Shown piece after piece: positions 52,201-61,744 of a stretch of 64,000 nt of DNA; the first letter of the stretch is position 1; each line of letters begins with the position of its first letter. The stretch is from Centroscyllium fabricii (taxonomy: Eukaryota). Below the pieces are notes generated by a model. The model was not told the DNA's origin and did no database searches. It worked only from the letters and a program-made list of their open reading frames with translations. The translations under genes were made by a program, and so were the position numbers. The DNA lies in assembly GCA_051313645.2 (NCBI GenBank), contig JBNRSN020000001.1, forward strand, positions 544,732,001 through 544,796,000. Direction: 5' to 3'.

Positions 52201-55200
52201 AACCATGCGGTCCATCTCCCTCTGGAATACCGACACCCCATTGGTCACGCCGAAGGGGACCCGGAGGAAGTGGTAGAGCCGACTGTTCGCCTCGAAGGCG
52301 GTGTATGGGCGGTCGGCTTTCCGGATCGGGAGTTGGTGATACGCCGATTTAAGGTCGATTGTGGAGAACACCTTGTACTGGGTGATCTGGTTAACCATTT
52401 CCGAGATGCGGGGAAGGGGGTAGGCGTCGAGCCCGGTGTAGCGGTTAATGGTCTGGCTGTAGTCGATCACCATCCGCAGTTTCTCGCCAGTCTTAACCAC
52501 TACGACCTGGGCCCGCCAGGCGCTGGTGCTGGCTTCAATTATCCCCTCCTGCAGCATACGCCCGACCTCCGACCTGATAAATGTCCAATCCCCTGCACTG
52601 TAACGCCGACTCTTAGTAGCAATGGGTTTGCAGTTTGGGTCGAGGTTGGCGAACAGCGAGGGGTGGTCGACTTTCAGGGTGGAAAGGCTGCAAGTCGGGC
52701 TCCGCTTTAGGAAGGGATTGTCCCGGCTACTGACTGTGAGTGGGGCCAGGGTCCCGCCGAACTCCATTGTCACGCTCTTCAGGTGGCACTGGAAATCCAG
52801 TCCCAGTAAGACTGGGGCGCACAACTGCTGGAGTATGTACAATTTAAAATTACGGTACACGCAGTCCCTGACTGTGAGCGTGACGGAGCAGTAGCCGGTG
52901 ACGTCCGCAGTGTGGGACTGTGAAGCAAGGGAGATTTGGTAGCGCGTGGGCAGGGTCTACAGTCCGTAGCGCCGCACTGTGTCAGGGTGGATGAAGCTCT
53001 CTGTGCTTCCGGTGTCGAACAGGCAGTTAGTGGCATGGCCGTTGACTTTAATCCCCATCATGGAATTTGATAGGGTGTGCGGCCTAGCCTGGTCGACCGT
53101 GGCTGAGGCCGAAGTGCGTGTGCTTGTGTGGGAGCCCTCCGCTAGCCGGGGCCGTGCACAAGATGGCGGCGCGCGTGATTCGCACATGGTCGGCCGCTCT
53201 GGACAAGATGGCAGCGCCGGGGAGTCGCACATGGCTGGCCGCTGAAGACAAGATGGCGGCGCCGGGGGGCGCACATGGCTGGCCGCTGTGGACGCGGTGG
53301 CGGTGCCCGTGGTTCGCACGCAGCGGGCCGCGGTGGCTGGGTTGGCGGCGCCCATGATTCGCATGCAGCGGGCCGCGCTGGGCGAGATGCCGGCGTTGGG
53401 TGTTCGCACATGGCCGGCCGTGGCCGAGTTTGGCGTGCCGTGTGCGCGGCCGGCCTCTGCCGTATCAGGGTGGGAGATGGGGGCGCTTGTACCCTACCCC
53501 CGGACCGTCGCTGGGTCGCGCTGCAACTGCAGCTTACCTGAGGCCAAGGGCCGGCGTTGGAGCTCTCGCAGGCCGCGCTGTTGTGTCTGGAGCTGGGCGC
53601 CAGGGCCGATTTGCAGGCCCTGGCGTAGTGTCCCTTTTACTTACACTTCTCGCAGGACGCGGTCCTCGCGGGGCATTTCGCTCGCGGGTGTAGTCCCTGG
53701 CCGCAGAAATAACATCTCTTCTCCTCCGACGTCTTCGCCACTGCCGCTGCCGTTGTGGGGGTCTCGACCCGTCGTGGGGCTGCCCAGGAGTCGAAGGTGG
53801 CTGGTGTGCTTTGGCCGCTGTACGCCTCTAGTCTGCGGCGTGCGCCATCCACCGCGTTGGAGAGGGAGATCGCCTTTTCCAGCGTTAGTGTCTCTTTCTC
53901 CAGCAGCCGCTGGCGGGCCTGGGCGGACCTGATCCCTGTTACATAGGCATCCCGGACGAGGAGATTCGCCTCCACTTGTGCCGTCCGTGCCTTGCAGTCA
54001 CAGGCCCGGACAAGGGCTTGGAGCGCCAACAGGTACTGTTCGTTGGACTCACCAACTAGTTGTGGTCTGGTCGCCAGCACATGTCTGGCGTAGACCGAGT
54101 GGACCGGGCGCACGTAGCATGCCTTCAGTTTTTCCACGGCTTCTGTGTACTTCTTAGCGTCGCGGATGAAGGAGTATACCCGGCTGGAGATCCTCGATGT
54201 GAGAACGTGAAGCTTGTTCCTGTCGGTTGTCGCCTTGGCGGCCTCCATGTAGGCCTCGACGAGACTGAACCAGTGTTCAAATGTATTGGCGGCGGCTGGG
54301 TCTTGTGGACTAACGTCCAGCTTTTCGGGTTTCACAGCGCTGCTCTCCATTTAAAATTTTAAAGCTAATAAAATTGACGTATCGTCAGTAATACAATAAT
54401 ACTAAAGACGAGTAGTTACCTTAACTATCGGCTTTTATTAGCTTTACAAAGGAGCTACGCTCCGGTCGAACATCAGGTACAGAATGAATGGGGGCAGGTC
54501 AGACCCCACCTATAAGGCACTCACCTGACGGGAGGAGTTAGAGGTGTGGCTGACCTGACCCTGCGACAGTGTCATAATACCAAAAACTATGTACAGTGTT
54601 GTGCTTCACTATCACAGTGGTAATAACAGTAATAACGGTTACCACAGGGTTCGCGTGGAGGAGTTGGACTCTTTCGACGAGGGGGTCCATCTTATGGCTC
54701 CTGACGTGTTTCCGGAGCAAGCCGACCCCTGGGGACGCCAGCCAAGATGGGAGCGATATCGCCGATGTGGACTTCCTGGGGAAGACAAACATTTTTTCAT
54801 GAGGGGTGGCGTTTATGGCAGTGCAGAGAAGGGACCGGATAGCATGGAGGGCATCCGGGAGAACGTCTTGCCAGCGCGAAACTGGAAGGCCCCTGGACTT
54901 TAGGGCTAGCAGGGTGGCCTTCCAGACTGTAGCATTCTCCCTCTCCACCTGTCTGTTTTCCCGGGGGTTGTAGCTGGTAGTCCTGCTCGTGGCGACTCCT
55001 CTAGCGAGCAGGTACTGTCGCAGCTCATCGCTCATGAATGAGGAACCCCGGTCACTATGGATGTAGCTGTGGAACCCGAAGAGGGCGAGGAGATTCTGCA
55101 GGGCCTTGATGACCGTGGCCGAGGTCATGTCAGGGCAGGGGATGGCGAAGGGGGAACGTGAGTACTCGTCAATAATAGTGAGAAAGTACACGTTGCGGTC

Positions 55201-58200
55201 GGGGGAGGGGAGGGGAGGGATCCCTTGAAATCGATGCTGAGGCGCTTGAAGGGACGGGTGGCCTTGATCAGTTGTGCCCTGTCTGACCTGTAAAAATGTG
55301 GGTTGATCTCGGCGCAGACCTGGCAGTCCCTGGTCATGGTTCTGACCTCCTCAATGGAGTAGGGCAGGTTGTGGGCCTTGACAAAATGGAAGAACCGGGT
55401 GACGCCCGGGTGGCAGAGGTCGTTGTGGAGGGACTGCAGTCGATCCACCTGCGGGCTGGTGCATGTTCCCCGGGAGGTGGCGTCTGGGGGCTCGTTGTGC
55501 TTCCCGGGCCGGTACAAGATGTCGTAGTTGTAGGTGGAGAGTTCAATTCTCCACCTCAATATCTTGTCGTTTTTGATTTTACCCCGCTGCTTGTTGCTGA
55601 ACATAAAAGCAACTGAGCGCTGGTCAGTGAGCAGGGTAAACCGTTGACCGGCCAGGTAATGCCTCCAGTGGCGCACAGCTTCCACTATGGCCTGGGCCTC
55701 CTTCTCGACAGAGGAGTGTCTAGTCTTGGGGCCTTGGAGGGTTCGTGAGAAGAAGGCCACGGGTCTGCCCGCCTGGTTAAGGGTGGCGGCCAGGGCAAAA
55801 TCGGACGCATCGCTCTCCACCTGAAATGGGGCGGTTTTGTCCACCGCGTGCATGGTGGCCGTAGCGATGTCCCGTTTGATGCGGTCGAAGGCCATACGGG
55901 CCTCCGTCATTAGGGGAAAGGAGGTGGACTTAAGGAGCGGACGGGCCTTGTCCGCAAAGTTGGGGACCCACTGGGCGTAGTAGGAGAAGAAGCCCAGGCA
56001 TCTTCGCAGGGCCTTTTGGCAGTGGGGGAGGGGGAGTTCCATGCGGGGGCGCATGCGGTCTGGGTCGGGACCGATGACCCCGTTTTCCATGACACAACCA
56101 AGAATAGCAAGGCGTGTTGTGCGGAACATGCATTTCTCCTTGTTATAGGTGAGGTTAAGGAGTTGGGCCATGCGAAGGAATTTTTCCAGGTTGGCGTCAT
56201 GGTCCTGCAGGTCATGGCCGCAGATGGTAACGTTGTCTAGGTATGGGAACGTGGCCAGCAGCCTATGCTGGTCAACCATATGGTCCATCTCCCGTTGGAA
56301 AACCGAGACGCCATTGGTAACCCTGAAGGGGACACTGAGGAAGTGGTAGAGGCGGCCGTTAGCCTCGAAGGCAGTATAGCGGCGGTTCGCGTGGTGGATG
56401 GGGAGTTGGTGATAAGCTGACTTCAGGTCAATGGTGGAGAACACCTTGTACTGCGCAATCTGATTGACCATGTCAAATATGCGGGGGAGGGGGTACGCGG
56501 CCAACTGCGTAAAGCGGTTGATGGTCTGGCAGTAGTCGATAACTAATCGGTTCTTTTCACCTGTCTTAACAATGACTACTTGGGCCCTCCAGGGGCTGGT
56601 GCTAGCCTCAATCACCCCCTCCTTCAGGAGCCGCAGTACCTCGGCCTTGATGAAAGCCCTGTCCCCAGCACTGTATCTCCTGCTCTTAGTGGCTATGGGT
56701 TTATAGTCTGGGGTGAGGTTAGCAAAAAGTGGTGGAGGGGCGACCTTGAGGGTCGGGAGGCTGCAGACGGCGCGCGATGGGTGGTTTGAAGGCTTCTGGC
56801 TGCGGACAGTGAGGGGTGGGAGGGGCCCCCCGTACGCCATCGTAATGCTATTAAGGTGAGTTTGGAAGTCTAACCCCAGGAGGACGGCTGCGCAGAGGTT
56901 GGGTAGGACCAGGAGTTTGAAATCCTTGTACACTGCGCCGCTCACCGACAGGGTTACCACGCAGTTATCGCCGACGTCCGCGGTCTGGGATTTGGAACCG
57001 AGGGAGATGCGCTGGTGCATGGGCCGAGTGGAGACGAGAAGCGGTGCACCGTATCGTGGTGGACAAAGCTTGCCGTGCTCCCCGAGTCAAACAGGCAGTT
57101 CGTGGCGCAGCCGTTTACCTTAATGTCCATCATCGACTTCGTGAGGTGGTGGGGCCTGGACTGGTCCAAGGTAATGGAAGCCAGTACCGGGGCTGGTGGC
57201 TCATCGCAGTCAGTCGGGGAGCCGGGTTGGTCTGTGGCTGCAGGCATCCAAGATGGCTGCTCCCATGAGTCACACATAGTGGGGGTTGTCCAAGATGGCC
57301 GTGAGGTCGGTTCGCACGCGGCGCTGCTGAGCCTGGGGGACGGCTTGCAGATGCTCACGTAGTATCCATTCTTCTGGCAACACGTGCACGTAGCGTCCTT
57401 CGCCGGACAGCGCCATCTGGAGTGCTTCACCTGGCCACAGAAATAGCACTTCTGGCTCTGGGGCACCGTCGCGGTGGTTGGGCCATTGACAGGGTGAGGC
57501 GAAGGTGGCGCGGCGTAAGGCGTCGGGCCTGGCGTGTTTCACGCTGGCAGCTCCCGCGAGGTCCATGGGGCGGTCATGTGTGCGTACGACTCCATACTCT
57601 GATCAGCCCCTTCGAGTGCGAGTCCGAACTTCTGTGACCTTCTTCAGGGACAGTTTCCCCAGTTCCAGCAGTCTCTTCCGGGTGTAGTCCGATTGTACGC
57701 CTGTGACGATGGCGTCCGGACTAGCAGCTCCCTGTGCTCATCTGCCGAGGCCGTTTCGCAGTTGCAGGTTCTGCTGAGCTCTGTCAGAGCCCGCACAAAG
57801 CCAGCAAAACTCTCCCCGGGCCGTTGTTTGCGAGTCAGCAGGAGGTGCCTGGCATAAACCGTGTTAGTCAACCGCTCGTACTGCTCCTTGAGGAGGGCCA
57901 TCATGGATGTGTAGGAGGTCGTTCCCTTGATGAGTTGAAACACCCGGTGATGGAGCCGTGACTGCAGAAGCAAGGGTTTCTGTGCGTCCGTCTGGACAGT
58001 GCTGGCGGAGGTCGCCAGGAATCCCTCGAAGCAGGTTAGCCAGTGGGAGAAGCTGCTCGGCGCCTCTGGTGCGCTCGGGTCGAGTTTCAGGGTGGATAGC
58101 TTCAGGAGAGCGTCCATCTCAAAACCTCTTAGTGAATAAAATTGATGCGCGATCAATTATACTCGAGACGAGGTTGAGAATACAACTGAGGCTTTTATTC

Positions 58201-58371
58201 ACTAAGAACCCTGGAGCATCCTTAGACTGACTGGCGACTCCTTGTAGTGAGCCAGGCTCCCAGAGCTTGGGCCTATATCAGGTAGGCTAGGGGCGGAGTC
58301 AGCTTCAGGCATGCCCGGGCATGTATACATACAGGCAAGAGGCAACTATATACAAACAGTGGTTTACCACA
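49243..58371 (-). mobile_element. Mag-like Gypsy element ('element D') with element C inserted in its integrase
   Basis: 229-bp LTRs 49243-49471 and 58143-58371; TSD GCAAG; frameshifted gag-pol (57644-58156, 56954-57466, 55125-57020, 54652-55191). Confidence 0.94.
49835..54646 (-). mobile_element. Full-length Mag-like Gypsy element ('element C', same family as B)
   Basis: 272-bp LTRs 49835-50106 and 54375-54646; TSD GGGTT; ORFs 53637-54350, 52957-53409, 51364-52860, 50126-51613. Confidence 0.95.
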
Positions 58372-59363
58372 GCAAGACAGGTAGATAAGGTGGTTAAAAA
58401 GGCATATGGGATACTTGCCTTCATTAGCCGAGGCATAGAATATAAGAGCAGGGAGGTTATGATGGAGCCGTACAAAGTGCTAGTAAGGCCACAGCTGGAG
58501 TACTGTGTGCAGTTCTGGTCGCCAAACTATAGGAAGGATGTGATTGCTTTGGAGAGGGTGCAGAGGAGATTCACCAGGCTATTACCTGGGCTGGAGCGCT
58601 TCAGCTATGAAGAGAGACTAGACAGGCTGGGATTGTTTTCCTTGGAGCAGAGAAGGCTGAGGGGGGACCTGATTGAGGTGTACAAAATTATGAGGGGCAT
58701 AGATAGGGTAAATAGAAATGAACTTTTTCCCTTAGTAGAGGGGTCAATAACCAGGGGGCATAGTTTCAAGGTAAGGGGCAGGAGGTTTAGAGGGGATTTG
58801 AGGAGGAACCTTTTCACCCAGAGGGTGGTTGGAGTCTGGAACTCGCTGCCTGGAAGGGTGGTGGAGGCAGGAACCCTCACAACATTTAAGAGGCATTTAG
58901 ATGAGCACTTGAGATGCCATAACATACAAGGCTATGGACCAAGTGCTGGAAAATGGGATTAGAATAAACAGGGTTCGATGGCCGACATGGACACGATGGG
59001 CTGAAGGGCCTCTTTCTGTGCTGTATTACTCTATGACTCTAAGTCTGTGGAGTGGGACTTGAACCCACAACCTTCTTACTCCAAGGTGAGTGTGCTACCC
59101 ACTGAGCCACTAGCTGACACACAGTAGAAAGAGTCTTCCTTAGTTCATGATACAAACAATAAAACCCTCTTCTGTAGAAATATGTAGTGGTCCCTTGAGG
59201 TCTGCCCCTGATGGATAACTTAGCAAGGGTTTGTGGCTGCTGTGAAGCCTTGCTTGATGTGAGTGTGAATCAGAGATAGGTCGCTAACACTATAGGACTG
59301 ATTCTCTGAAAATCTCCCCTGTAATGCCAACTTTTGTTATGGAGCTTGCCCTGCTGACATACT

Positions 59364-60142
59364 GGGGGTGATTTTGCCGGAAGTGCGGGGATTGGTCGGG
59401 GCGGGTTCCTGTCCTGCCCGCCCAAAGACCTGGGAACCCCACGCAATTTTAATTTAATTGAGTAATTAAATCCCCGTGTGCGGCAACCGGTGGTAATTGA
59501 CGCAATCGAGTCGGAGCTGTAGCCGGCTGCAAGGAGCTTGATTGACAGTTCCAGCACTGGTTGTTGATAGTTCCCATGGAAATACTCCACTGTGACATCA
59601 CAGTCGAGTGGAACCAATGGGAAAGGTCAAGTGCTGGTGACTGACAGGTGGGCGGGCGGGCTCCAAATCCTTGACAGCTCAGCACCGGCTGTCAGGAAAT
59701 GTGCAAAGCTGAGATTTCTCAGTTTTTGCCCACAGCTGGTGTACCCACCACGGAGTGACTTACTCCTCTAAGGTGCTTAAGGCCTGTGAAGCATTTCGCA
59801 GCATGTCCTTCAACACCTTGAAGGAGAAAGTTATGAACAGGGATGTGCTCCCGCTGGGTTTCACCCAGCGGGGTTTTAGGCTGGTGGGGTTAGGGTAGGA
59901 ATGGCATGAAAATTCGGAAGGGCCCTTAAAATGGCATTACACATGCCAATTAAGGGGCCTTAATGAGGTGACAACACATCCCCGCCAGCCGCCGGCGGGA
60001 AGGTTTTGGGGCAGGGAGTCAGGGCGGGGGAAAATGTCGAAGCGGCGGGGATCCGGCGGGGGGGTCGCGACCCGCCGGTTCCGCGATTTTGACAGCCGAC
60101 CCGCCGAAAACCTCGCCTCACAGGGCAGGAAAATCCCCCCCC
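59364..60142. mobile_element. Harbinger-like MITE
   Basis: gggggtgattttgcc / ggaaaatcccccccc; TSD ACT. Confidence 0.75.
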
Positions 60143-60559
60143 ACTGAGACTGAGAAATGAATTGCACAGTCTTGCTTTAAGGCCACTTTCCCATTTTGAA
60201 GTTAGGATAATAACACAACTATTTTGGCACATGGCGGAAATGCAGCTTCTTTTAATGTTTCTTTACAGACAATCAACTGCTGTAGACAACTGAGGTGGAC
60301 TAGTTTAAAACTTTAGTGAAGCTAAAGAGCTGCCAGAGTAAAATGCAAGGCAGTAATCAATGTTCCTCTAAAGGTGGTAGGTAACATTCAGTACTTTATT
60401 AATCACTGGAAATATTGTTATCTTATCAACCTGTGCTCATATTTACCAGAAAACTATTGTTTATTCCTTAATATTATTACTGTCCAGAGCTAAAGAAGGG
60501 AGGGATTAGCCAGGGGTTCCTGCTTCTGATCTGCGATCCAGTAACTGGCTGGAAAGTTC

Positions 60560-61560
60560 TGAAATAAAAACAGAAAATGCTGGAGATACTCAGCAGGTCA
60601 GGCAATATCTGTGAAGAGAGAAACAGAGTTCATGGCCCAGTAATTAGCCTTGGAGCCTTTGTGCGAGTGCAGGGCTCCTAGTTACACTTACCCTGCACTT
60701 TTGCCGTTTTTGAGATTTTACGCTGTGAACTCCCGAGTTGTACAGCAGCTTCAGGCTCTAAGCGAACTGCTGGTGCAACTCAACGGCGCAATTAGTTCGA
60801 GATATCGCATGAGACCACGTGATCGGCAGGGAGCCAATCAATGGAAGCAATCCTCCATTCAAAACTTACACGGAGAAATCTGTGTAACTTTTGAAAAGGA
60901 AGAGCTTCAAAAAGACATCTAAACACAAAAATAAAATGTAAAAAACACCACATTGTTTTAACAATACTCTAACTAACATAAATTACCTATTTTAAAGAAA
61001 GAATAAAAATTTAGAAAAACAATTTAGAGTCTTTAACTGGCCTAAAAGAATACTTACCTGTTTTTAAAGTTTAAAAAAATTAAAAACCTGTAAAAACAAT
61101 ACTTAAAATCTATAAAATAAAGACTTACCTGCTAAAAACGGGTGCTTACGTCTGATATTTTTAAGTGTAAAATCTTCCATACTTACCCCGATAAAAAAAG
61201 TCGGAAAAAAACCCCGGAAGTCCTCTGCGCACCTCCTGGTGCGCAGGCAAATGCGATGCATCTCGCAGCAGCTCTCCCCCCCCCCTGCTGGACGCCTTCG
61301 GAATGGCAGGGAGCAGCTGGAAACAGCTCCCTGCGATTCGGAGCTCGGGTGCGCTAACACCCGGCTCCAAAACCTGCTGCGGAGATTGGAAGTATTGGCC
61401 CAATGTTTCAGGTTGATGACCTTTCGTCAGACGAAGGGTCATCGACCTGAAACGATAACTCTGTTTCTCTCTTCACAGATGCTGCCTGACCTGCTGAGTA
61501 TCGCCAGCATTTTCTGTTTTTATTTCAGATTTCCAGTATCTGCAGTATTTTCTTTTTTTG
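60560..61560. mobile_element. Palindromic Penelope pseudo-LTR pair interrupted by a MITE (60634-61401)
   Basis: 60560-60633 plus 61402-61430 is the inverse of 61431-61530, and both match 6945-7079. The MITE resembles the inverse of 24478-25228. Confidence 0.78.
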
Positions 61561-61744
61561 GTTTTGGAAAATTCTATTGATGTTGGGCGAGGTCAGAATC
61601 ATAATTGAACAGTTCAAAGACGCCCATTAAAAATGACCATTTGGGCTAGGCACCAGAAGGTGATTTGTGGCCCTAAACTGTAACCTATCATGTATCAGCA
61701 AGGGGAAGATCGAAGGGGGCAGGACGGGGTGATGCGGTGTACGG

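Larger units (their letters stand above)
49211..59040 (+). mobile_element. 5'-truncated CR1 (49211-49242 and 58372-59040) split by element D
   Basis: VHRSLKAA|RQVDKVVKKAYG..LEYCVQFWSP is continuous across the insertion; ctatgact tail. Confidence 0.87.
48570..59120 (-). mobile_element. tRNA-derived Deu-domain SINE (SacSINE1-like), pieces 48570-49210 and 59041-59120, separated by nested insertions
   Basis: Body ends at gctcaagt (49210) and resumes aagtctgtggagtgggacttgaaccc...actgagcca (B and A boxes on the minus strand). Confidence 0.8.

Noticed and set aside
54538-55191. Integrase with a novel C-terminal tail (VVTVITV...GQPHL)
   Set aside because: The tail is read-through into the LTR of nested element C.
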